From NCBI GenBank assembly GCA_021816865.1, contig JAKAWX010000003.1, forward strand, positions 34,681 through 98,680: 64,000 bases of DNA. The letters are read 5' to 3'. Position numbers and translations under genes: made by a program. The DNA comes from Thermoplasmata archaeon. Lineage in GTDB: Archaea; Thermoplasmatota; Thermoplasmata; Lutacidiplasmatales; UBA184. The notes below the pieces were generated by a model, which saw nothing but the letters and a program-made list of their open reading frames with translations, was not told the origin of the DNA and ran no database searches. Positions 18,685-27,599 of the stretch are shown piece by piece. Numbering within the stretch: position 1 is the first letter of the stretch; each line of letters opens with the position of its first letter.

Positions 18685-19662
18685 CTACGCCGCCTTCATC
18701 GTGGCGCGCACGGCGTGCACGATCTTCTCCGCGTTCGGCAGGTACGCGTTCTCGAGGGCGTACGGGAACGGGGTATCATACCCCGTGACCCGGGCGATCG
18801 GAGCCCGGAGCGAGAAGAACGCCTTCTCGGCCAGGATCGCCGAGAGCTCCGCTCCGAAGCCGCACGTTCGCGCCGCCTCGTGCACGACGACGGCGCGGCC
18901 GGTCTTCTCCACGGACGCAACGACCGCCTCCTCGTCGAGCGGGACCAAGCTCCTCAGGTCGATGACCTCGGTCGAGAGACCCTCGGCCGCGAGGGCTTCG
19001 GCCGCCTCCGTCGCGGGCGCCACCATCGCGCCGTAGGCGAAGACGGAGACGTCGTTCCCTTCCCGGACCAGGCGCGCCCGACCGAACGGCACCCGGTGGT
19101 CGCCGTCCGGTACTTCGCCGGTCACCGACCGGTAGATCCGCTTGGGCTCGAGAAAGATCACCGGGTCGGGGTCGTGGATCGCCGTGAGGAGGAGGCCCTT
19201 CGCGTCCGCCGGGGTGGAGGGGATCGCGACCTTCAGTCCCGCGGTGTGGCAGAAGTACGCCTCGGTGCTCTGGGAGTGGTAGAGCCCCCCCTTGATGCCC
19301 CCGCCGTAGGGGGCGCGGATCGTGACCGGGCACGGATATTGGCCGCCCGAGCGGTACCGGAACTTCGCGAGCTCGCTGACGATCTGGTCGAACGCCGGAT
19401 AGATGAAGTCGAGGAACTGGATCTCGGCGACCGGCTTGAGTCCGTAGAGCGCCATCCCGATCGCCGTCCCGACGATCCCGGTCTCGGAGAGCGGAGTGTC
19501 GATCACGCGGTCGGCGCCGAACTGCTTGAAGAGTCCCTCGGTCGCGCGGAAGACCCCGCCGTTCACGCCGATGTCCTCGCCGAGGAGGAGGACGTCGGGA
19601 TCCTGTCGCATCGCTTCCTCCAGCCCGCGGTTGACCGCCTGGACCAACGTCATCTCCGTCAT
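18685..19662 (-). CDS. pdhB: 2-oxoacid dehydrogenase E1 beta subunit
   Basis: GEDIGVNGGVFRATEGL, DTPLSE, HSQS, IDLRSL.PLD. Confidence 0.95.
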   Translation of the reverse strand: MTEMTLVQAVNRGLEEAMRQDPDVLLLGEDIGVNGGVFRATEGLFKQFGADRVIDTPLSETGIVGTAIGMALYGLKPVAEIQFLDFIYPAFDQIVSELAKFRYRSGGQYPCPVTIRAPYGGGIKGGLYHSQSTEAYFCHTAGLKVAIPSTPADAKGLLLTAIHDPDPVIFLEPKRIYRSVTGEVPDGDHRVPFGRARLVREGNDVSVFAYGAMVAPATEAAEALAAEGLSTEVIDLRSLVPLDEEAVVASVEKTGRAVVVHEAARTCGFGAELSAILAEKAFFSLRAPIARVTGYDTPFPYALENAYLPNAEKIVHAVRATMKAA

Positions 19663-20759
19663 GGCGTCCCACCTCCGGACCCGGCACCGGCCGCGAACCC
19701 GCTCCGCTGCGCCTCCAACTGGGGGGTGCGGGTCTCGAAGACGTCATCGAACAGGGAAAGGGCGTCGACCGCCGGGGCGCCCTCGGCGGCCTCGAACGCC
19801 CGCGCGACGTCCCCCCGGGCCGTCTCCCAGATCGCCTTCTCGGCCCCCGCCTCCAGCACCCCCGCCTGCACAAGTCCGCGCGCCAACCGCTGGATCGGGT
19901 CGCGTTCTCGCGCGGCCGCGACCTCCGCGTCCGAGCGATACCGGTGAGGGTCGTCGGAGGTGCTGTGGGGACCAAAGCGGTAGACCTGCGCCTCGATCAG
20001 GGTCGGCCCCTCGCCGCGCACGGCCCGAGCGCGGGCCTCGCTCACGGCCCGGTAGACGGCGTTGAGGTCGTTGCCGTCCACGACAACCCCGGGGAAACCG
20101 TAGGCGTTCGACTTCTCCGCGAGCGTCGCGCTGCGGGTCTGCTTTTCGCGCGGCAGTGAGATCGCCCACTGGTTGTTCTGGCAGAGGAAGATCGTGGGGG
20201 TTCCGAACACCCCCGCGAAATTGAGACCGGCGTGGAAGTCGTTCGAGCTGGTCGCCCCGTCGCCGAAGAACGCTATCGTCGCGATCGGGTCGTGGCGCCG
20301 CCGAGCGGCCATCGCCGCCCCGACCGCGTGGGTGATCTGCGTGCCGATCGGGCTCGAGGGGACGACGATGTTCTTGTCGCGGAAACCGAAGTGGTTCGGC
20401 ATCTGCCGGCCCTTGCTCACGTCCAGGGAGTTCCCGACGAGCTGGTCGAAGATGGACCGGAGGGGTATCCCGCGGACGAGCGCGACCGCGAGCTCGCGGT
20501 ACGCGGGAAAGAACCAGTCTTCCTCCTGCATCGCGAGCGCCGCCCCGACCTGCGCGGCCTCCTGGCCCGACAACGGGGCGTAGAAGCCGATGCGGCCCTG
20601 GCGTTGCAGGGAGAGGCATCGCTCGTCGGTGACCCGGGCGACGACCATCCACCGGTAGGCGTCGAGCATCCGCGCCGCGGGAAGTTCGTGAGGCAGCACG
20701 CTTTCGGGTGCCCCGACGCCCGCGCCGGCGCCCGTCGATTGCGTCACAGGTCCCGGCAC
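19659..20759 (-). CDS. pdhA: 2-oxoacid dehydrogenase E1 alpha subunit
   Basis: LQRQGRIGFY, GQEA, TPP motif GDGA..NN.WAIS, PHSTSDD. Confidence 0.95.
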   Translation of the reverse strand: MPGPVTQSTGAGAGVGAPESVLPHELPAARMLDAYRWMVVARVTDERCLSLQRQGRIGFYAPLSGQEAAQVGAALAMQEEDWFFPAYRELAVALVRGIPLRSIFDQLVGNSLDVSKGRQMPNHFGFRDKNIVVPSSPIGTQITHAVGAAMAARRRHDPIATIAFFGDGATSSNDFHAGLNFAGVFGTPTIFLCQNNQWAISLPREKQTRSATLAEKSNAYGFPGVVVDGNDLNAVYRAVSEARARAVRGEGPTLIEAQVYRFGPHSTSDDPHRYRSDAEVAAARERDPIQRLARGLVQAGVLEAGAEKAIWETARGDVARAFEAAEGAPAVDALSLFDDVFETRTPQLEAQRSGFAAGAGSGGGTP

Positions 20760-20872
20760 CTGTCGCTTCGAATATTACCTTTGAGATGGGGCCCCGGGGC
20801 CATCGACCACCGATCTCCTACCGCCCCGGAGCCGCCGGGGGTGGCCGCCGCACCGCGCGGTATCCTCGGGAC

Positions 20873-21373
20873 CTAGTCCGGAACTAGCGAGATCGGGTCG
20901 CCGGGGCACACCGGGCCGCCGACGACAACACGCGCGTACCATCCGCGCCGGTCGAGCATGGTGCGAAGAAACGCGGGACCCCGGTCCGCACCAACGTACG
21001 GCAGTAGGTAGAGGTTGTCGCACGGCGTGCACGGCTTCGAAATCTCCAGCGTGACCGGCCCCACGCGAAGGCGACGACCGGCCGCGAGCGCCTCCGGAGG
21101 GATTCCCGCCGTCGTGACGTTCTCCCCGAGGTCCCCCGGCGCGACGGGCCAGCCTTCGCGGTTCAACTGCTCGATCGTCTCGATAGGGACCAGAAGCACG
21201 GCCATCGCCGGGTCGTCCTGCTTCTCCTCGTGGCGATACCGGTTGAAGTCCCCGGCGACGCCTTCGACCGTGAACTCCGCCCGGTCGACCGCGACCTTCG
21301 GGAGCCCGTGCTCGTGGTCCGCCTCGGGCTTGACATTGACTCGAACGACGGTGGGCAACGCGTGCGCGCGCAT
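20873..21373 (-). CDS. MOSC domain protein
   Basis: GLPK, GVAGD, PGDLGENVT, KPCTPC, RRGWYARV; AT-rich box 21395-21403 upstream. Confidence 0.85.
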   Translation of the reverse strand: MRAHALPTVVRVNVKPEADHEHGLPKVAVDRAEFTVEGVAGDFNRYRHEEKQDDPAMAVLLVPIETIEQLNREGWPVAPGDLGENVTTAGIPPEALAAGRRLRVGPVTLEISKPCTPCDNLYLLPYVGADRGPAFLRTMLDRRGWYARVVVGGPVCPGDPISLVPD

Positions 21374-21516
21374 CCGCGTCGGGGAGTCCCACCGTTTATT
21401 CAAGGTTCGCCCATCCCGTAACGGCTCCCCCAGGGGTGTTCCGCGACCCCTTCGGGATGGTTAATGCCTATTTGTACTGGTGTCGGCCTGCGCGCGAGCC
21501 TTGGAGCCCCTGCACG

Positions 21517-22503
21517 ATGTCCGGACATTCCTTCGCCATCGAAACCCGGGGCGTCACTCGCGTCTTCGATAGCCGCAAGGGGTTCCTCTTCCGGGAAGTC
21601 TCGCACACCGAGGCACTGAAAGGCGTCGACCTTGCGGTCGAGCAGGGAGCGATCTTCGGGCTCCTCGGTCCGAACGGGGCCGGGAAGACGACGCTCACGA
21701 AGATCCTCTCGACCCTCTTGCTTCCGACGGGGGGCCGCGCGCTCGTCCTCGGCCACGACGTCGTCACCGACGCGGAATGGCTGCGGCCGCGCATCGGACT
21801 CGTCCTGGGCGGCGAGAGGGGGCTCTACAACCGCATTAGCGGTCGGGAGAACCTGCGGTACTTCGCCGACCTCTACGGCCTCCCGACGGCCGAGCGCGAG
21901 CGACGGATTGACGAGATCCTCGCGCGCGTCGACCTGAGCTCGGCGGCCGACCGACGGGTGGAGGAGTACTCGCGCGGCATGAAGCAGAAGCTCCACCTGG
22001 CTCGCGGCATCCTCCTTCGGCCGCAGGTCCTCTTCCTCGATGAGCCGACAATCGGCCTCGACCCGAAGAGCGCGCGGGAGACCCGAAAGCTCGTACGCTC
22101 GCTCGTCGCCGACGGCGTGACGATCTTCCTCACGACACACTACATGTTCGAGGCCGAAGAGCTCTGTCCCCAGCTCGCGATCCTGTCGAAGGGGCGGATC
22201 GTCGCCCGCGACACGGTCGCGAGGCTTCGGCAGCTCGTCGGTGGCGACCGCACGCTCGAGGCCGAGGCGTACGGGTTCGAGGACACCGAGGTCAGCGCGC
22301 TCCGTCGGCTTCCCGGAGTATCGAAGATCATCGAAGAGGAGTACGGTCCACGCACGCGTCTCACACTGCGGGTGCGGACCGACGAGGTCCGGCCGGACGA
22401 CGTCCGCGCCCTCCTGCCGGATCATCCCGAACTCGAGGTGAAGGAGCGACGGACGAGCCTAGAGGACGTCTACCTCGACCTGGTCGAGGAGGAGGCCCAC
22501 TAG
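21517..22503 (+). CDS. ABC-2 exporter ATP-binding protein (DrrA-like)
   Basis: GPNGAGKTT, YSRGMKQK, LDEPTIGLDP, TTHYM.EAE, SLEDVY. Confidence 0.93.
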   Translation: MSGHSFAIETRGVTRVFDSRKGFLFREVSHTEALKGVDLAVEQGAIFGLLGPNGAGKTTLTKILSTLLLPTGGRALVLGHDVVTDAEWLRPRIGLVLGGERGLYNRISGRENLRYFADLYGLPTAERERRIDEILARVDLSSAADRRVEEYSRGMKQKLHLARGILLRPQVLFLDEPTIGLDPKSARETRKLVRSLVADGVTIFLTTHYMFEAEELCPQLAILSKGRIVARDTVARLRQLVGGDRTLEAEAYGFEDTEVSALRRLPGVSKIIEEEYGPRTRLTLRVRTDEVRPDDVRALLPDHPELEVKERRTSLEDVYLDLVEEEAH

Positions 22504-23310
22504 ATGGAACCCGTACGGAGCGAGTTCTCCCGCGGCCGGTCGACGCTGGCGTCGCTTCGGATCGCGATCCTCCAGTTCCTCGCGGACCCCCAGTGGCTCA
22601 TCCCGTCGATGATTGCCCCCGTCGTCTTCGCGCTCGTCTCCTACGAGCTCTTCCGTGGCTCGGGGCCGTACTTCCTCACCTACGCGATCCTCGGTGCGGG
22701 CATGATGAGCATGTGGGGCCAGACCCTCTACGGGAGCGGCTGGGCCACTTCCCAGGACCGCGAGTTCGGTACGCTCGAACCGACGATCCAGTCCCCCACC
22801 CCCTACCTCTACGTGATCCTCGGACGGGTACTCTGGAACGTGCTTTCGGGTCTGTTCGGCGGGCTGATCGTCTACGTCGTCATCGTTGCCGCGTCGGGCG
22901 GACCCCCGGCGCTTCCCGACCCGCTCGGCTTCGCGCTCCTCTTCGTCTTCGTGATGTTGTCGCTCGCGAGCGTCGGGGTCGTCTTCGCGGCCTTCTACGT
23001 GTACACCCGGTACGCGGGGTTCATCCAGAACATCGGGGAGTTCGCATTTTACGTCGGGACCGGCTGCATGTTCCCGGTCGTCCTCCTCCCGTTCTGGACG
23101 AACCCGATCTCGCTCGTATTCCCCCCGACCTGGGGGCTCGACGCGCTCCGCTACCTCGCGATCCCCGGCTACCGCGGGTTCGGTTGGGGGTTCTGGCTGG
23201 ACCTCCTCGGGGCGCTCGGGACCACGCTGGCGTACCTCGCGATCGCCGGCTCGATCTTCCACCGGGTGGAGCGCCACGTCCTCGAGGAGGGGAACCTCTC
23301 CCAGTACTGA
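22504..23310 (+). CDS. ABC-2 type permease
   Basis: About 6 TM segments, DREFGTLE, FPV..LP.W..P.TWGLDALR. Confidence 0.88.
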   Translation: MEPVRSEFSRGRSTLASLRIAILQFLADPQWLIPSMIAPVVFALVSYELFRGSGPYFLTYAILGAGMMSMWGQTLYGSGWATSQDREFGTLEPTIQSPTPYLYVILGRVLWNVLSGLFGGLIVYVVIVAASGGPPALPDPLGFALLFVFVMLSLASVGVVFAAFYVYTRYAGFIQNIGEFAFYVGTGCMFPVVLLPFWTNPISLVFPPTWGLDALRYLAIPGYRGFGWGFWLDLLGALGTTLAYLAIAGSIFHRVERHVLEEGNLSQY

Positions 23311-23326
23311 CGGGAGCGGAACGGAG

Positions 23327-24145
23327 ATGTCGAGCGCGCTCGCGGCCTACCGCACCTCGTTCTGGAGGACGTTCTGGCGGAACGCCCTCATGGCGCCGCG
23401 AACGAGCCTCGGGTTCATGCGCGTCGACTTCATCCTCGGAACCGTCTTCGTCGTTCCCCTCACCCAGATGGTCTTCTTTGCGTTCGTCGTCCAACTGGGC
23501 GGCGGCGGCGCGTCGGAGATCGCGTACACCGCCCTTGGGAACGCGGTCGCGACGGTCACCTACTCGAGCATCTTCTCGGTCTGCCAGACGACCGACTCCG
23601 AGAAGTCCCAGGGAACGATGGAGCACCTCCTCGTATCGCCGGCGAACCGGCTCGCGTTGTACTTTGGTCGGGGCCTGATCCCGATCCTGATCTCCCTCGC
23701 GACGGTCGCGGTCGGCCTCGTATACGCGAGCGTCCTGTTCGGCGTGAGCATCGCCGCCGCCTCGATCCCGGAGCTCGCGGTTTCGGTCGTACTCACCGCG
23801 TTCGCGATGGTGGGCTTCGGCCTGCTGCTCGGCGGCGTCGCGCTCTACCTCCGTACGTCGATCATCCTCGGGAACATCTTCCTGTTTGCCGGACTGCTCC
23901 TCTCGGGGGTCAACTTCCCCCTCTCCCAGCTTCCGCTACCGCTTCAGTGGGCGGGGGATGCGTTCCCGCTCACCTGGGGTCTCGCCGCCATCCGGGCCGC
24001 GGTGTCGGGCGAACCGCTCTCGTCGCTGCTGGTGCTTTGGGGGGCAGTCGCTCTATCGGCGATCTTGGCCTTCTCGGCCGCGATCGGTCTCTGGACCGTG
24101 TTCGAGCGCCGCGCTCTCGCCACCGGCAGCATCGCCCGGTTCTAG
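23327..24145 (+). CDS. ABC-2 type permease
   Basis: About 6 TM segments, EKSQGTMEHLLVSP, SGVNFP..LP..PLTWG. Confidence 0.88.
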   Translation: MSSALAAYRTSFWRTFWRNALMAPRTSLGFMRVDFILGTVFVVPLTQMVFFAFVVQLGGGGASEIAYTALGNAVATVTYSSIFSVCQTTDSEKSQGTMEHLLVSPANRLALYFGRGLIPILISLATVAVGLVYASVLFGVSIAAASIPELAVSVVLTAFAMVGFGLLLGGVALYLRTSIILGNIFLFAGLLLSGVNFPLSQLPLPLQWAGDAFPLTWGLAAIRAAVSGEPLSSLLVLWGAVALSAILAFSAAIGLWTVFERRALATGSIARF

Positions 24146-24199
24146 TCCCGACCACGGGGCGACCGTTCGTTTATTAGCCGACGGCGGGTCGGTGGACCC

Positions 24200-25309
24200 G
24201 TGCGCCGGGCCACCCCGATAGAACTCGCTCCCGAGGAACGCGCCGAGCTCGAACGCTGGAGCCTCGCGTCGGCGGAACCCGCTCGCCTGGGGACGCGCGC
24301 GCGGATCGTACTCGAGGCTGCGGCCGGACGTTCGAACGCAGAAATCGCCACCCGCGTCGGCGTGCATTCCGAGACCGTCACGCGCTGGCGCCTTCGCTTC
24401 GCGGTCAACCGACTGGAGGGGCTGCGTCGCGACGCCCCCCGGTCCGGCCGGCGGGCATCCCCGTCCTCGAACCTCGAGGAAAGGATCGTACGTCTCGTCT
24501 CGGCCGATCCTGCGTCGGACGGGTCCGCGTGGACCACCCGTTCGCTCGCCCGACGCCTGGAGGTCAACCACATGGCCATCCACCGCACCCTCGCGGCACG
24601 GGCCCGTCGGCCCGGCGCCCGTCTCGGCAGCGGGTCCGTCCGTGTCGACGTCGGGGGGGTGTTTCTGCATTCCCCTGCGGCCGCGATCGTCTTCGAGATC
24701 AGCCCCACCGCTTCCGACGGGAGTCCGGAGGATCCTCACCTCCCGGCGACGACCCATCAGTCGGGAGGGTACCTCTTCTCGGACCGGAACGCCGTCCCCT
24801 CCGCCCTCGTCGAGGTCCTCTCGCGAGCAGAGGAACTGATCAGCCGGGTGGCCGACACCGGCCGCTCCCCCCATGAACTCCTCGTTTTCCTGCGGGCGGT
24901 CGACGAAGCGCTTCCCCGAGCTGGCCGACTGCGCCTCTTCTTGGACCGCCCGCTCGGTTACGTGTCGGGGCGCTTGACGGCTTGGCTGAACGCTCACCCC
25001 CGGTTCGAGGTCGTGGCGACCCCCGCGGACCGTTCTTGGACCGACGAGGTCGAGAGCTGGCTTCACGGGTGGGACGGATCCCCGCTCCGTATCGAAAGCT
25101 TCGCCAACTTTGCCCCGCTGATCGAGGCGCTCGCCCGCGCGGTCGGGACCGAGACAGCCATGCCGCGCGCATTTGCATGGGCGGCGGAACCGATGTCCCC
25201 GGCGGCACTCGCCCGTGGCGCACCTCGTACGCGAGCTCCACGAGTCGAACGATCGGCTCCTTCGGCAGGAGGGCGGGATCTTCTACCAAGGGCGCCGCCC
25301 CGCATGTAG
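24200..25309 (+). CDS. IS630-family transposase-derived protein (HTH intact, DDE domain degenerate)
   Basis: IEL..EERAELERW, RARIVL..A.G.SN.EIA, TV.RWR.RF...LEGL.DAPRSGR, WTTRSLA; VDVGGVFLHSP, WLNAHPRF, TP...SW..EVESW; TTTATTA at 24170-24176. Confidence 0.8.
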   Translation: MRRATPIELAPEERAELERWSLASAEPARLGTRARIVLEAAAGRSNAEIATRVGVHSETVTRWRLRFAVNRLEGLRRDAPRSGRRASPSSNLEERIVRLVSADPASDGSAWTTRSLARRLEVNHMAIHRTLAARARRPGARLGSGSVRVDVGGVFLHSPAAAIVFEISPTASDGSPEDPHLPATTHQSGGYLFSDRNAVPSALVEVLSRAEELISRVADTGRSPHELLVFLRAVDEALPRAGRLRLFLDRPLGYVSGRLTAWLNAHPRFEVVATPADRSWTDEVESWLHGWDGSPLRIESFANFAPLIEALARAVGTETAMPRAFAWAAEPMSPAALARGAPRTRAPRVERSAPSAGGRDLLPRAPPRM

Positions 25310-25590
25310 CCGCGGGGTGGGAAACACCGGTCCGCCGACGGCCGCGGCCAGAGTGCTAGCCGCGGGCACGACCCGGTCCGGACCTCCGACCGTGTCGGTT
25401 GCCGCTTCGGTCCGGGGTTCCGCGTCGAGATTCCGAGCTCCCTCTCTCCCAGCGGTCCGGTGGGGTGGGGGAGCTTGCGGGGCTCCTCTCGCTTCGGGCG
25501 CCCGCCAGGGCCCCGTTCGCGCCGTCCTGACGCCGGGAGACCTTCGGATCGGCGAAATACCTAAAGCCACCCTCACCTCCCGCCCCTCGA

Positions 25591-25620
25591 GGGCCCAAAG
25601 CTTGGTTCCGGATCGATCAT
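25591..25620 (+). repeat. Degenerate copy of the tRNA-Ile 5' end (putative attL)
   Basis: 15/17 identity, then weaker D-arm similarity; preceded by BRE/TATA-like GAAATACCTAAAG at 25554-25566. Confidence 0.5.
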
Positions 25621-25631
25621 GCTCGGTCCCC

Positions 25632-25916
25632 ATGGCAACAGACGGCTCTCGCTCGAGCGTCCTTAGGGTCGCGGATTCACGCGATCCCCGATACGAAGAG
25701 CCCCGCCGCCCAGTCGGATGGACCGAGAAGGAGCGGAAGACATGTGCTCTGTGCGGAAGCACCGGCACGATCTCCGTCTCGCGCTTGCCGTGTGCGCCGC
25801 CTGCCGCGCTTCGATGTGACTGGTGCTCGAGGTCGGGTTGGATGCGCGGGAGAGGGAGTTCAAGGAAGCATGACGCGACTCTAAGAACCAGCACGCTGAC
25901 GGGCGGAGCGGAATGA
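25632..25916 (+). CDS. Small putative zinc-finger protein (CxxC...CxxC), possibly decayed
   Basis: CALC and CDWC pairs; stop overlaps the next start (ATGA). Confidence 0.4.
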   Translation: MATDGSRSSVLRVADSRDPRYEEPRRPVGWTEKERKTCALCGSTGTISVSRLPCAPPAALRCDWCSRSGWMRGRGSSRKHDATLRTSTLTGGAE

Positions 25917-26065
25917 TGGCGAGCGCCGAGGACGAGGACGGCGAGGATTTCTCCGACGAGGAAATCGCCGAACTCAAGGACCTCATGGAGCACGGTCTTT
26001 TCGTCGACGTCGAGTTCGCTCCGAACGGGGGCCTGCTGACCATCGGCGGCCGTCGTGTCGAGTGA
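25913..26065 (+). CDS. 50-aa acidic hypothetical protein (not in the ORF track)
   Basis: MMASAEDEDGEDFSDEEIAELKDLMEHGLFVDVEFAPNGGLLTIGGRRVE; GC3-rich codons; GGAG upstream; ATGA coupling. Confidence 0.55.
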   Translation: MMASAEDEDGEDFSDEEIAELKDLMEHGLFVDVEFAPNGGLLTIGGRRVE

Positions 26066-26292
26066 ACCTCGCGGGCGGTGAAAGCCCCTCGCGGGTGGCT
26101 CAGAAGGAGCAGGGTCGGCCCGAGCGGGCCGTCGGTTCTTCGAAGTGTTTCTAGGATTCGAGGGGGTTCCCTCCCCCGAAGAGTCTCGTGGTGGCTGCCC
26201 CCTCCTGATCGGCCCGAATCCCCGATCCTGCGCTAGTCCGGCGGGCGAGTGAAGATACGGGATGGCTCTATCCTCACAATGCGGTTGTGCCA

Positions 26293-26332
26293 TGTAGTTT
26301 ACTTATATACTTATCAACAATACTTAGGACAT
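26293..26332 (+). promoter_or_regulatory. AT-rich TATA promoter (CTTATATAC) with three TACTTA repeats
   Basis: TATA at 26302-26310, about 23 bp before ATG 26333; TACTTA at 26300, 26308 and 26321. Confidence 0.65.
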
Positions 26333-26899
26333 ATGATCCCGACCGTATCCTTCGTCCGGTCCCCATCGGAACGGGCCGTCCCCCGCCGTCTCTTTCTACC
26401 GGAGGTCCGCCCGTTCCATCGCCCCCCGCAGCGGACACGGCTGCGCCTCGACCACCCGGAGGATGTGGAGGAGGCACGCAGAGCAGGTCTCCCGCTCTAT
26501 CTCCTCCGGCCCGAGACCGTGACCATGCTCGGCTACCCGATGGCCTTTCCCCCGGTCCTGTTCGCCACCGAGCCGACTCGCTCCGGCATCGACTCTACGT
26601 TCCGGAGCGTGGCGATGGTCTCCGACGAAGCCGTGCGGAACCCCCGGCTCGAAGACGTGATCGTGATGCTCCTGCACGTCGACGAGCTCGCCGCGCGAGC
26701 CGTGGCAGAACGAAACCGGGAGGATGTCCACCCCGCGTATCTGCTGAAGCGGATCCTCCAGGAGGACTGCGAGCGCGCGGCGACGCTCGTGCGGCTTCAG
26801 GATCTCGTCCCAGCCTTGGCGAAGGTAGGCCGCGCGCTTCCCAAAGCCGCGCTGACCCGGCAAATGCGGAAGAACCGCCCTCGCGGAGTCATCCCATGA
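26333..26899 (+). CDS. Hypothetical protein, putative antitoxin-like partner of the nucleotidyltransferase
   Basis: 188 aa, leaderless promoter, ATGA coupling to the next gene; no family recognised. Confidence 0.7.
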   Translation: MIPTVSFVRSPSERAVPRRLFLPEVRPFHRPPQRTRLRLDHPEDVEEARRAGLPLYLLRPETVTMLGYPMAFPPVLFATEPTRSGIDSTFRSVAMVSDEAVRNPRLEDVIVMLLHVDELAARAVAERNREDVHPAYLLKRILQEDCERAATLVRLQDLVPALAKVGRALPKAALTRQMRKNRPRGVIP

Positions 26900-27453
26900 G
26901 ACCGGCGGAAATTGAAGAAATCGCCGAGCGCTTGGCGGAGCTCGGGGTGCCGTTCGTCGTGGTCGGCGGCTCGGCTCTCGAGCGGGAGTTCTCGGTCGGG
27001 ACTTCTGACGTGGACCTTCTCGTCCTCGTAGGCGACTTCCAATCGCTGGAGGAGCTTCTTGCGGACCGCAAGGACATGGGCCCGTTCGAGCCCACCGGTA
27101 ACATCGGTACCGCGCAGGTGCTCGTCGGGTCGGGCTGGACCGAAGTCGAGTTCATTACGGGCTCGTCGTTCTCGGGACGGCAATCTGGGGACTCCTTCGT
27201 CCGGTACGTCCGCGACTACCGTTCCGAGAAGCGCGCCGGAGTCCGGTGGGCGCGGCCCGAAGTCGTTTGGTATATGCGGCTAAGCACGGACGACTGGCAA
27301 CTCTACGTGATCAAGATCCACCGGGACCTGAGGGCAGGAGTACCAGCGTCCACGTTCGATGGGGTGCTGGACGTCGCCCGGCACTTCGGTGTCGAGGAGA
27401 AGATCCGGGGTCGAGTCGGGAAGGCGCAGGAAGTCGTCCGTCTTTACCGATAG
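26896..27453 (+). CDS. Pol-beta superfamily nucleotidyltransferase (AbiEii/DUF6036-like)
   Basis: FVVVGGSAL....GTSDVDLLV signature; third acidic strand VEFI; 185 aa. Confidence 0.8.
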   Translation: MRPAEIEEIAERLAELGVPFVVVGGSALEREFSVGTSDVDLLVLVGDFQSLEELLADRKDMGPFEPTGNIGTAQVLVGSGWTEVEFITGSSFSGRQSGDSFVRYVRDYRSEKRAGVRWARPEVVWYMRLSTDDWQLYVIKIHRDLRAGVPASTFDGVLDVARHFGVEEKIRGRVGKAQEVVRLYR

Positions 27454-27599
27454 AGGCGGCAGTTGAATCTGGGATCCGAGGGGGGTCTCCCCCCTCCCCG
27501 TCGGCCTGCCCGCGACCTCGATGTACTTGGGGCCTTCCTCGCCGGCGAACTCGCGTTGAAGGTAGAACCGGTCGCCCCGGGCCCGCCCTCCGATTCTTT

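Noticed and set aside
25310..25553. Structured guide-like RNA downstream of the IS630-derived gene
   Set aside because: Only generic GC-rich pairing; no RuvC/TnpB domain in the protein
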